Source of the DNA: Bacillota bacterium
GTDB lineage: Bacteria > Bacillota > Clostridia > Christensenellales > CAG-138
Length of the DNA stretch: 28,225 bases
Direction of reading: 5' to 3'
Assembly (NCBI GenBank): GCA_023461495.1
Contig: JAEYLA010000264.1
Coordinates: 1-28,225, forward strand
Shown here: one piece after another, positions 15,636 to 25,300 of the stretch
Layout: every line of letters begins with the position of its first letter
Numbering within the stretch: the first letter of the stretch is position 1
Position numbers and translations under genes: made by a program
The notes under the pieces: model-generated
Database searches by the model: none
What the model was told of the DNA's origin: nothing
Seen by the model: the letters and a program-made list of their open reading frames with translations, nothing else

Positions 15636-18083
15636 TCACGCGCCCAAATCCATTTGACCGCCGCACTCTTTATCTGTCTCACGCCTTTGCAGCAGCGTGC
15701 AAAGCAGGTGCTCCGCTTCTTCAAAATCCAACGTATTCACGGCATCCCGTACCTCCGTCAGCCCGGCATGGGTTGCGGCATCGTCCGCTGACGCGAGCAT
15801 ACGGTTGATGACATGCTCCGCCTCCGCACGGCGGAATGCACGGATAGCCGCAAGCAACTCCTGTACTGTAGATGCGGGCGTTTCCTCTTCCGTTTCTGCA
15901 GCCGGCATGCACGCTTTTGCGTATAGAACCGCCGCAGTCAGACCTTCTGCTGCTCTTTCCCATTGCAGATACAACAACGGCATGCCGCAGCGGACATATT
16001 CCCCGTCTCCTGCCATGCAGCGCTTTTCCAGCCGCGCCGCCATATCATGAAGCGCGTGGGCGCCTACGGCCTTTGCCTTGCTTTTGAGGGAGTGCACCGG
16101 ATACATCAGCGCGTTCCAGTTTCCCTGCCGCAGCAGCATTTTTGTATCCTCCAAGGATGATTGATGGTTTTCAGTAAAAAATCCCGCAAGCTTCAAATAT
16201 TGCCTGAAATCTCCGTTAAGGTATCTAAGCCCGTCCTGCAGGAAAATATCATATTCCAGAAGCTCTTTTTCAAGCTTCTCCCGCACCTCCGGGTAAGCTT
16301 CTATACATGCTTGCGTCGTCCTTGTAACGAGCCGCTCCGGCAGGCAATTCAACAGCGCAGTCTCGAGCTCCTTCCACATCACAGGTTTGGACAGATACGC
16401 CGTAAATCCTTCCCGGTGGAATAGTTCCTTCGCCCCCGCAACGGTATTTGCAGTAAGCGCGATGACGGGCGTAATATCATCCGCCAGATCGCCCCGGATG
16501 CGGCGATAGGTCTCTATCCCGTCCATTTCCGGCATCATATAGTCTAAGAGCACAGCGTGGTACTGCTTTTCCTGAAGCTTCTTCATGCACTCCAGCCCGC
16601 TGGACGCGGTATCCACCTGCAGCAGGGTGCGCTTGAGGAGCGCCTTGACAACCTGCAGATTTTCCGCATTGTCATCCACCACAAGGATGTGCCCCTCCGG
16701 GGCGAGGAAGCTTTCCTCCGCATGGTCGGCGCAAGCATCTGGCCCAAACGCCGCAAATTTACCAAGCGGCATAGCATCCCTGACGATCTGCGGGATTTCT
16801 GCCGCAAACGTACTGCCCTTTCCCCATATGCTGTCCATACGGATACAGCCGTCCATCAGCTGCGTCAACTCCTTTGCAATTGCAAGGCCGAGCCCGGTAC
16901 CCTCTATGTTCCTGTGGGCAGGGAGATCCACCCGGGTAAACGCGTCAAACAGGCCCGACTGCTCCTCTTCCCGGATACCGATGCCTGTGTCGGTTACCGA
17001 AGTGCAAAGAAGAATCTCCCCAGGCACCCTGCCAGGCTTTTGGGCAAAAGCAAGCGTTACGGAGCCGCTCTGTGTATACTTCACCGCATTGCTTAAAAAG
17101 TTGACCGCCACCTGTTTGATGTGAATAAAATCGCCTTCAAGTTCGGCGGGCAGCGTTTCATCGATTTCGAGACAGAATTCCAGCCCCTTTTTTCCCGCGC
17201 GCTCACTGCCGATCACCGAAAGATCACGAACAAGTTCGGACAACCGGTACACTTCCTCAAGCACTTCCATCTTGCCGGATTCTATCTTGGAAACATCGAG
17301 GACGTTGTTGATCAGCGTCAGCAATGTCTTTCCCGCATTCTGGATGTTACGCGCAAAGCCCGTAATTTGCTCGGAATCGCTTTCGCGCAGCACCATCTCG
17401 TTCATGCCCAGCATCACATTGATAGGCGTGCGGATTTCATGACTCATATTCGCAAGGAATGTGCTTTTGATCTCACTCAGGCGCAGGGCTTCCTTACGCG
17501 CGCTTTCAAGCTCCCGCTGCTGCCGGTTGTACATGCCAAAATGCAGGAACATTGTAATGCCCAGCGCAATGCTCACGCACAGAAAGCCGATCAGGATATC
17601 GATGAGAATATCTGCTTCCGTAGCAAAGGATGTGACAATTTCCGGATGCAGGTAGGCGTACAGGCAACAGCCGATGTAGATCACAAGCTCTATAGCGCTT
17701 GTGATGAATGCCTTCTTTCCTTCGAGCATGAATATGGTAAAGAGCACCGCAAACACAAAAAAGGACGGCATACCGCTGTGATAACCGCCCGCTGAAAAAA
17801 ACATGATGGGGAACAGCACCATGAATATGGCGATGATCGTGATCAGATAGCAAATTTGATACTTCCCGCTCTGGTAGGAATAATACAGCAGCGCACAGGA
17901 GAGCAGCATGGAGGCAAAGTTGGTCGCAACATTCATGATGCTCACACCCGCCATGATGCCGCTTACCGTAATGATCAGTCCGATGAGCGCACCCGCCATG
18001 GCCAGCACGTTAAAAAGCCTGACGCGGAAATCCAACTGTTTGTTCAGGAACGTGCGCCGTATCAGATCCAATAGCATTGTCAT
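15636..18083 (-). CDS. hybrid sensor histidine kinase (multi-TM sensor, HisKA, HATPase, receiver, Hpt)
   Basis: About 6 TM segments; 'FLANMSHEIRTPIN', 'NFLSNAVKYT', 'DTGIG', 'EGTGLGL'; REC 'LVVDD...LLDYMMPEMDG...ALTA...SKP'; Hpt 'VHSLKS'. Confidence 0.95.
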   Translation of the reverse strand: MTMLLDLIRRTFLNKQLDFRVRLFNVLAMAGALIGLIITVSGIMAGVSIMNVATNFASMLLSCALLYYSYQSGKYQICYLITIIAIFMVLFPIMFFSAGGYHSGMPSFFVFAVLFTIFMLEGKKAFITSAIELVIYIGCCLYAYLHPEIVTSFATEADILIDILIGFLCVSIALGITMFLHFGMYNRQQRELESARKEALRLSEIKSTFLANMSHEIRTPINVMLGMNEMVLRESDSEQITGFARNIQNAGKTLLTLINNVLDVSKIESGKMEVLEEVYRLSELVRDLSVIGSERAGKKGLEFCLEIDETLPAELEGDFIHIKQVAVNFLSNAVKYTQSGSVTLAFAQKPGRVPGEILLCTSVTDTGIGIREEEQSGLFDAFTRVDLPAHRNIEGTGLGLAIAKELTQLMDGCIRMDSIWGKGSTFAAEIPQIVRDAMPLGKFAAFGPDACADHAEESFLAPEGHILVVDDNAENLQVVKALLKRTLLQVDTASSGLECMKKLQEKQYHAVLLDYMMPEMDGIETYRRIRGDLADDITPVIALTANTVAGAKELFHREGFTAYLSKPVMWKELETALLNCLPERLVTRTTQACIEAYPEVREKLEKELLEYDIFLQDGLRYLNGDFRQYLKLAGFFTENHQSSLEDTKMLLRQGNWNALMYPVHSLKSKAKAVGAHALHDMAARLEKRCMAGDGEYVRCGMPLLYLQWERAAEGLTAAVLYAKACMPAAETEEETPASTVQELLAAIRAFRRAEAEHVINRMLASADDAATHAGLTEVRDAVNTLDFEEAEHLLCTLLQRRETDKECGGQMDLGA

Positions 18084-18167
18084 CTTTTTGCCTCACAACT
18101 TCCGATTACGCCTTGACTGAACTGCCCACTTTCATTAAAACCATATATGCCCTGCCCGTCAAGGTAT

Positions 18168-18350
18168 TTATATCGCCTCTACAAAAAGAGCCGTCAGCAG
18201 CAGATAGAAAAATACCAGCAACGCAAGTATCAAAAACAGCGCGCCGAGCGTCCGGACCAGGCGTTTGTTTTGCGCTGCCCCGCATCGAAGGCATAAATAT
18301 GCTCCTGCCGCAAAAAGCGGCAGAAGCAGCACCGCCACATAAACAGGCAT
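18168..18350 (-). CDS. small 2-TM membrane protein (60 aa)
   Basis: Two hydrophobic helices separated by a basic loop. ATG at 18350 with AAAGGGGG RBS, 13 bp after the previous stop. Confidence 0.7.
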   Translation of the reverse strand: MPVYVAVLLLPLFAAGAYLCLRCGAAQNKRLVRTLGALFLILALLVFFYLLLTALFVEAI

Positions 18351-18363
18351 GGATGATCCCCCT

Positions 18364-19080
18364 TTATCCGTCTTCATGCCCATTCAAGCGTTGTACCCGC
18401 TCACGCGCCCGGGCAAGACGTTCTTCAAGATTATCGTCCTTCGTTTTCTCAGGCGGCTGTTTCTTGTCTTTGTTCTGTTTCAGGTGCAGCGCGCCCTGTA
18501 CAAGGCCCGCGCCAACCACGCCGCCGGCAACGCCTACGCCAGCGGCAAGGCCTGCGCCGCCGGGTATTCCGCCTTGTGTAACGCCAGCAGCTGCCGGGCG
18601 CACCGTACTGCCAGCCGATGTGGGAACGGGGTTGACTGCCGAAGCCGCCTCCACGGGCCCGGCTGCGTAATAATTGAGCGTTGTAGAATTATCCGTATAC
18701 TGCATGGCCGGCGCCGACGCCGCAGCCGCTCCTGACGCAGCGCCGCCCGCGGAAGCAACCACAACGGGATTTTTGTAAAAATCCCGGTTATGCGCCTTGA
18801 GAGAATCCACCTTCTTTACCTGTCGGGTTTCCGATGCGGAATACCCGTCCACCGTCTTCCCCAAAAGCCCGCCAGCCGTGTTCATAATGGCACGCGTTTC
18901 ATTAAGCTGCGTTACAAGCGCTCCAAGGTTCGTACGGACTTGCGCAAGCAGCCTGTCGTCTCCAAGCCTTCCCTTAACGCTGTTGATACGGTCTACATAG
19001 CCGTCAACAAGCTTCGCGAGCTTTTTGAGTTCCTCTCCCTGCTGGGAAAGCATATTGTATGAAACTTTATATACCGCCAT
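18364..19080 (-). CDS. WXG100-like N-terminal domain protein with Ala/Gly-rich linker and glycine-rich hydrophobic segment (candidate T7SS substrate)
   Basis: About 95-aa helical hairpin-like N-terminus with YxxxE ('YSASE'); 'GLAAGVGVAGGVVGAGLVQG' followed by a charged tail. AGGAGG RBS. Confidence 0.7.
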   Translation of the reverse strand: MAVYKVSYNMLSQQGEELKKLAKLVDGYVDRINSVKGRLGDDRLLAQVRTNLGALVTQLNETRAIMNTAGGLLGKTVDGYSASETRQVKKVDSLKAHNRDFYKNPVVVASAGGAASGAAAASAPAMQYTDNSTTLNYYAAGPVEAASAVNPVPTSAGSTVRPAAAGVTQGGIPGGAGLAAGVGVAGGVVGAGLVQGALHLKQNKDKKQPPEKTKDDNLEERLARARERVQRLNGHEDG

Positions 19081-19094
19081 ATCCGCCTCCTGCC

Positions 19095-19418
19095 TCAGCG
19101 CATGGTGTTTTGGGGCAGCTTTGGAAGACGCGCCGCCTCCTGCTGGATGGATTTTTCGCTGCGTTCATAAGCATCGGCAGAGTCGTAAAGCGCGTTTACC
19201 ATTTTCTCCACAGTCTGTAAGCTTTCCGCACACTGGTCGAGCAGCTTCTGAAAGCTTTGTTGGAACGTATCCGCAGCGCCGCCGGTCCAAACGCCCTTGA
19301 GCAGGTCTACCTGGCCTTTGGAAGAATATAGGCTGTTGCGCAGCGCGGTATGGCATTTGCCGATTTCTTCGCCGTATTTCCGAAGCGCGGCAGGGTCCGC
19401 ATGAATTTCATTCGCCAT
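19095..19418 (-). CDS. WXG100 family T7SS protein
   Basis: 107 aa; central WTG; C-terminal YERSE. Confidence 0.92.
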   Translation of the reverse strand: MANEIHADPAALRKYGEEIGKCHTALRNSLYSSKGQVDLLKGVWTGGAADTFQQSFQKLLDQCAESLQTVEKMVNALYDSADAYERSEKSIQQEAARLPKLPQNTMR

Positions 19419-19438
19419 AAGAAAAACTCCTTTCCTGA

Positions 19439-19744
19439 TTAACCCTTGGCCATTTTCGCCTTGATGGCATCGGCAGCGGCCAGATCCGCCTTGTTATAAG
19501 AAGCCGCAATGGCTGTGAGCGTCTTGGAACAGCTGTTGATGGATTCTGCCAATTGCAAAAAATTCTGCGTGTTTGCAAGATATGTTTTCTGGTAGCTCTG
19601 GGCAGCGTCGCCCTTCCATATTCTTTGGAGGCCCGACGCGTTTTCATCGAGTTTTTTGAGTTGGTTCATCATGCCGGCGTAGATATTGTCAAGCTCCCTT
19701 GCGGCGTTTCTCATTTTTTGCAAATCTACTGTGCTTTGTGCCAT
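19439..19744 (-). CDS. WXG100 family T7SS protein
   Basis: 101 aa; WKG; YNKAD. Confidence 0.92.
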   Translation of the reverse strand: MAQSTVDLQKMRNAARELDNIYAGMMNQLKKLDENASGLQRIWKGDAAQSYQKTYLANTQNFLQLAESINSCSKTLTAIAASYNKADLAAADAIKAKMAKG

Positions 19745-19762
19745 ATTGCCTGCGCTCCTTTT

Positions 19763-20056
19763 CTAAATTTGCTGGGCGGCCTGCCTTGCCGCCTCTTCCG
19801 CTGCACGGATTTTCTTTGCGGCGTTGCGCAAAAATTCCGCAACCTCTTTTAGGTATTTGGCCTTGTTCTTCATATCCGTCTCCATGCCGAGAATGTATTT
19901 GAGATACGCTTTGGCCGCATCGCCCGTCCATGCCGCTTCCACATTTTCATACACGGTAGATAGATTCTTGCAGCACTGGTTCTGCATATCGTTTGCAAGC
20001 TCGTCTAGGAGCTTTGCCTGCTGTATGGTCTCGGTATAGTCAAATCTTACGGCCAT
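19763..20056 (-). CDS. WXG100 family T7SS protein
   Basis: 97 aa; WTG; no YxxxD/E (IRAAE at the equivalent site). Confidence 0.9.
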   Translation of the reverse strand: MAVRFDYTETIQQAKLLDELANDMQNQCCKNLSTVYENVEAAWTGDAAKAYLKYILGMETDMKNKAKYLKEVAEFLRNAAKKIRAAEEAARQAAQQI

Positions 20057-20067
20057 ATGCCCCTCCT

Positions 20068-20400
20068 TTAGCGGAACGCCTTGTCAAACCGCAGGGATTT
20101 GCTGGATTCCTGCATAGTCTGTTCGTTCTTATCATAAATGCCCGCCATCTCATTGAGCGCCGCTTGATAGCCTGCAAGTGCGCGTACAAGCTCCACAGCG
20201 CTTCTTTGTGCCTGCTCTGCAGTATTCCTGATATTGTCGGATGCATCGCCCTGCCAGACGCCGCGAAGGGTTCCTATGGTCTTGTTCCACTCCTGAGAGT
20301 GCCCATCCAGCTGTTTTGCAATGTCGCCCAGCGTTTGCGCCGTTGCGGCGAAGAGCTTCGTGTCTATCCTGCTTTCGCTTCCGGTTGCCATATATGCCAT
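20068..20400 (-). CDS. WXG100 family T7SS protein
   Basis: 110 aa; WQG; YDKNE. Alternative start at 20391. Confidence 0.9.
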   Translation of the reverse strand: MAYMATGSESRIDTKLFAATAQTLGDIAKQLDGHSQEWNKTIGTLRGVWQGDASDNIRNTAEQAQRSAVELVRALAGYQAALNEMAGIYDKNEQTMQESSKSLRFDKAFR

Positions 20401-20408
20401 TTCCTCCT

Positions 20409-20708
20409 TTACCCAAGCGCCCGCACAGAGGATAAGATTTCGCTTTCCGTCTTTTCAAGATCGGTTGCGGTATCCAGTAACTGGGCGCTGATTTCTCTGT
20501 ACTGCAGAAGCATCTCCTGCATCGCCTCCCAATCCTTCTGGTAGCGGGCCATAAAATCCGCCTTCACATCGGAAACCCAGCCCTTATCCAACGCCTCTAT
20601 CGTATCCGCGAACTTGCCCACGCAGCCTGAAATGGATTCTACAATACCATCCAGCCGGCTCACAGTGGAACGGATCTTTTCAGAGTCCACATTGCTTAAA
20701 GCAGCCAT
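20409..20708 (-). CDS. WXG100-like T7SS protein (degenerate W-V-S motif)
   Basis: 99 aa, amphipathic helix pattern, central 'LDKGWVSDVKADF'; LEKTE at the signal position. Confidence 0.82.
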   Translation of the reverse strand: MAALSNVDSEKIRSTVSRLDGIVESISGCVGKFADTIEALDKGWVSDVKADFMARYQKDWEAMQEMLLQYREISAQLLDTATDLEKTESEILSSVRALG

Positions 20709-20736
20709 ATATTACCCGCCTTCCGTCGTATCATTT

Positions 20737-22062
20737 TTAAGAATTGGCTTTTTCAAACACAGCCGCATACGGCGCGGGGTCAACGACGGCAACCGCGCAC
20801 GCCGCTTCCCATACGCTCAGCGAGCGGTCTCCATAATCGTAATTGTCGTTGATCAGGGAGGCAAGCTCGTTGGCATTTTCTAAGGCTGGCACTTCGCCCA
20901 GCTCTAAAAACATGTGCAGCAGTTCCTGCGCCATAGTGACGCGTTCGTCATCCGTTGTGGTTCCATACCAACCGTCCACATAGAGCTGCGTGTACGTATA
21001 GTAGCTGTAGCGGTCCAGAATGGAATAAATCTCATTCTCTTCGTCGGTCAAATCCCCTTCCGCCGCATCCGCGTCCTTCTTTACAAATGGCACGTCGATA
21101 TCCGTTATATGCAGTCCATCCTCATCTACATAGGCCGGGGTATCGCCAATGAGCAGCACGCCGTCCTCAAAGCCCCAGCTGCCTACGCTAAAGGACATGC
21201 CGTACATCATGGCGTAACTGGTATCTGCATTGATCTGCAGTTCTCCGCCGTTTACCGTCGTGTATATCCCGGGAAGCATGGCAGATATCTCTTCCTCATA
21301 CGCTTGCTGCTCCGCCTGTTTCGCCTCACTCTCTGCAAGCATTTCGTTGGCTTGTTCCTCCATCTTGGCGTAAAGGTTTCTTCCTGAAATACCAAGTGTC
21401 TGGCAGAGCACGTCAAAATAACCGCCCTCGGCTTGATAGTCCAGCTTCCCGCTCAGCGTTCCGGTACGGCTCTCCTCGTTGGAAATCTCCGCTACAATAG
21501 CGCGCGCCTGCAGCGTGATCATGGGCGCAAAGTTCGCTGCGGAGGATGCGTCCCCCACAAGTCCGCCTCTCTCGTACAACGCGTTGATGATCACGCGCGT
21601 CCCCGGAACGGCGGTGGAGTACATCTGGCCTGTAAGATCGTTGACGCTCAACTTGAGCGCCTCCGCCAGCGTGGGATCGTTTTCGGCAGGCGGCGTATAG
21701 TTCTCAACGTTAATCCCGGTAGCTGCGCAGAACGCCGCAAACGCCGAGCCGGGCGCTGCAGGATCCTCCACTTCCACGCTTCCCATCCGCTTGCCGACCT
21801 CGGAAAGCTTTATCTCCCCGCCGTCGGTATACCATGTGATCTCATCCATGGCTTTGAGCATGCGCGTCTGGTCGCTGTCTGAGAGGGTAAAATACTCGTT
21901 GCGCGAAAGTACGATCGCCTCCGCCTGCTTGTTATAATTCGGGCTGTCGTTCGTCCCCGCGGCTATGATATTGCAGCCTGTCGCAAACACAAGCAAGGCT
22001 GTAATAAGCAGCAGGAGCAGCGCCGATACTTTTTTATTTTTCTTGTAGGTTCCGGTTTTCAT
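20737..22062 (-). CDS. acidic lipoprotein of unknown function
   Basis: Basic N-terminus, hydrophobic core and lipobox 'ATGC'. Internal lipocalin-like segment 'PGIYTT...LQINAD...GSW'. AAGGAGG RBS. Confidence 0.8.
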   Translation of the reverse strand: MKTGTYKKNKKVSALLLLLITALLVFATGCNIIAAGTNDSPNYNKQAEAIVLSRNEYFTLSDSDQTRMLKAMDEITWYTDGGEIKLSEVGKRMGSVEVEDPAAPGSAFAAFCAATGINVENYTPPAENDPTLAEALKLSVNDLTGQMYSTAVPGTRVIINALYERGGLVGDASSAANFAPMITLQARAIVAEISNEESRTGTLSGKLDYQAEGGYFDVLCQTLGISGRNLYAKMEEQANEMLAESEAKQAEQQAYEEEISAMLPGIYTTVNGGELQINADTSYAMMYGMSFSVGSWGFEDGVLLIGDTPAYVDEDGLHITDIDVPFVKKDADAAEGDLTDEENEIYSILDRYSYYTYTQLYVDGWYGTTTDDERVTMAQELLHMFLELGEVPALENANELASLINDNYDYGDRSLSVWEAACAVAVVDPAPYAAVFEKANS

Positions 22063-22074
22063 ATGGCCTCCTTG

Positions 22075-22329
22075 TTATAACAGAATAATAGTGTCGCCGC
22101 TTTTTACATCTACTTCCAGCAACGTTTCGTTATCCTGCAGCAGGCCTTCGAGCTGCCGGGAACAAAACAGCACCTGGGAAGGGTCCGCAAACAGCGCGTG
22201 GTTCTCAAGTTCGCAGATCTGGCGGATAAATTCCCGTTTTACTTCTCCCACCGTCATACAGCTTTCGGCGCGGAATTCATATATTTTGGCGTTGCCGGGC
22301 GCCTGCACTTCCAGATAAAGCTTGCTCAT
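22075..22329 (-). CDS. esaB: EsaB/YukD-like ubiquitin-fold T7SS protein
   Basis: 84 aa with ubiquitin-like pattern 'TVGEVK...L.DNETL.E.DVKSGDTIILL'; ATGA-coupled to essC. Confidence 0.72.
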   Translation of the reverse strand: MSKLYLEVQAPGNAKIYEFRAESCMTVGEVKREFIRQICELENHALFADPSQVLFCSRQLEGLLQDNETLLEVDVKSGDTIILL

Positions 22330-25300
22330 TTTGCTTCCACCTCCTTGACGACGGGCGTTATGATCTTCACTGTCTTCAAATCCGCCGCTGCATATGCCAC
22401 CCCCGGCGGGAGCTTGCGTATATTGTCGGCAACGGAGAGCGGAAAGTGCAAGATGCTTTGCTGGTCAAACATTCCGCCCAGGTGAATGCCCCTGCTATAC
22501 CCTACATAAGTCCGCATGGCGGCGTAACGCACGGCATCGGCATAATCATCCGGCGTGATGGCGGCAAAGAACTGTATCTTATGCTGCCGCCCCTTCTGGA
22601 GCGCGACCTCCATAAACTCGTTCATCTGCAGGTGCGGGCTATAGACAGCTTCCATAAACGCGCGCATGTCATTAATCAGAAACACGATGCGCGGATAATC
22701 GGAAAGCGCCGTTTTGACGTCTCCGCCAAAATCCCTTGCATCCGCAACGATCGCGTTTCTTGCGCTGAATTCCGGCACAAGTACCTCTTCCATCAATTCA
22801 AATAGCTCGGCGTCGTTATGCGCTGCCCGTTCAAAGGGCAGCTTTTGCGCAAGTAGGCCATCCGGCGCGTCAAACAGGAGCAGCCGCGCGCCCTTCTTTT
22901 GTGCCTGCAACGCTGTTGCAGCCAGGAAATTGGTCTTTCCGCTCCCGCCTGCGCCGCTGACCGAGAAGCAAAATTCTTCATCCAAGTCCAGCGTCACAAG
23001 CGTTCCATCTTCCATATTCAGGCCTGCTGATAGTACATTGTCTTTGAGCTGCCTGACATCGTCCCGGCCCATAAGCGCTTCGTAACTGAGCCGCTCAACC
23101 GCCTCACCGATCTTTTTTACGCCCTGCGTCCCCGTTTCCTGTACGGCGGCAAAGCGTTTTCTGAGCGTCTGCGTCTGGGAGAGGCCGGGTTCCTCGCGCA
23201 TACAAAGCGCAACCTGGAATTCCAGCGGCATGGGCGCTTTTATAAGCCCTCGCCCCGGCGTGCGGCCTTCGGGGATCATCTCGGTACGCGTTCCGACAAC
23301 GGCTTCATACTCGAAGCGATCCTGCATCTGCAGGCCGATGCCCGATGTAAAGTTCTGCCGGATACGGCTCCTGAGCTCACCCGCGTTGTTCATGGTCAGC
23401 ACAAGGTAAATGCCGTAGCTCGCGCCCTCGCGGGAAAGCGCGACAAGATCGTCCTCATACTGGCCGTAGCTTTCCATGAAGGCGACGTAATTGTCAATCA
23501 GGAACACGATGGCCGGGCAATCCTGCTTCTGTATGGCGTATTCCCGGAAGGATCCCACGCCCTGCGCGGAAAACGCGCGTTTTCTGTGCTGCAGGGCATC
23601 GCGCAGCAGCGTGAAGGTTTCCGATAGTTTTTCATCTTCTCCTTCAAGCAGCACGGCGCCCACGTGGGGAAGGTTCTGGAACACGCCCATTGTACGGCTG
23701 GAGAAATCCGCAATGTAGAGGTTGACCTCCTGCGGCGTATACCGGGTCACCGCACCATAGATGAGCGTTTGGATTAGAGTGGTCTTCCCCGCGCCGCCGG
23801 TGCCGCAGATGAGCAGGTGTCCGTCCGTCAAGAAGTCCACCGCGCAAGGGTACTGACGCTGTTCTTCGGGCGCGTCCAGCAGGCCCACGGGCAGCAGGAG
23901 GGAGACGCCCTGCGGCTTTTCCAAATCAGGCAATTCGCTGAGATAAACCGTGTGGGAAAGCGGCGGCAGCCATATCTGCTTGACGGCGGGGATGCCGTTT
24001 TCCTCCGCAAGCTTTGCCGCGTACTTGACCACCGCGTCCAATTGGGTCACTTTCGCGATATTGTCGCTCTTTTTCAGCTTCTTCTTTTTCGGTGCGCCTC
24101 CTTTGCCAACGAGGGTAATCAGCTCCGCCTTTGCGCCACGGCTGCCCTCAAACGGAATGTTCGGCTCATATTCCGCGCCCGACCAGCCGGACTGGAACTC
24201 TTCAAAGATTTCGTCGCTGCCCACCTGGAAATATCCGCGCCCCGTGCCGGTGATAAACGCCGCGTCCGGGCGTTTTAGCATCTCGTTGCTGTCCTGCTTG
24301 TCTGCAACCCTCAAGCACAGGCGGAAGCGCGTATTGGACCAGATTTCATCATCCACCACGCCGCTTGGCTTCTGTGTGGCGAGTATGAGGTTGACACCGA
24401 GCGAACGCCCCACGCGTGCGGCGGAAACGAGCGCGCGCACAAATTCCGGCTGCTCTTTTTTGAGTTCCGCAAATTCATCCGCAATGATCAGAAGGTGCGG
24501 CATAGGTTCTGTCGCGGTGCCCGCACGGTACAGCTCAATATAAGCGTCGATGTGCTTGACCTTGTATTCATTGAACATGCGCTGGCGGGACTTGATTTCC
24601 GCGTGGATGGAGAGCAGCGCGCGGTTGGTGGCGTTGCCGCCGAGGTTTGTAATGACGCCCGAAAGATGCGGTAGCCCCAAAAAGCTCTGCGCCATGCCGC
24701 CGCCCTTGTAATCGATGAGGATAAACGCAACCTCATGCGGGTGATAGTTGACCGCAAGGGAAAGGATGTAGCTTTGCAGCGTTTCGGATTTCCCCGAGCC
24801 TGTGGTGCCAGCCACAAGCCCGTGCGGGCCGTGGAATTTCTCATGGATATCAAGGTAGAGCGGTTGATTGCCTGCCTTGTGGCCTACAAGGCTCTTCATG
24901 CTTTCATAGGTGCGGTTTTCAAGCCAGCGGTGGAGCATATCTAATTCCTCCACGCAGGAGGTCTGATACATATCAAGGAACGTCAGCAGGTCGGGAACAG
25001 CGGCGGAAGCGCCCGTTTCGCGCACACGGAAATTCGAGAGCGCGCGGGAAAACGCGTCCATCTGCCCAGAGTCAAGAGGATCAAACACAACATGCTCCCG
25101 CTGCGCAAACACGCCTGCGGTGCTGTAAAAGCCCTGCATCTGCGCATCATCGCGGACAATGGCCGTGCAGCCCGCGGGCAGCCTATCTACGGCGTCCGCA
25201 AGGCAGATGACCGATATTCCAAGCTCCCGCGCGGGATTCATCAGGTATTTTGCAATGGGCGCTTCTTCAATCAGCGACCAATCCGCAACCACCACAATAT

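Noticed and set aside
18540..18580. 'IPGGAG' before the hydrophobic segment as a sortase LPxTG signal
   Set aside because: The motif does not match known sortase signals, the protein has no signal peptide, and the tail is too long.
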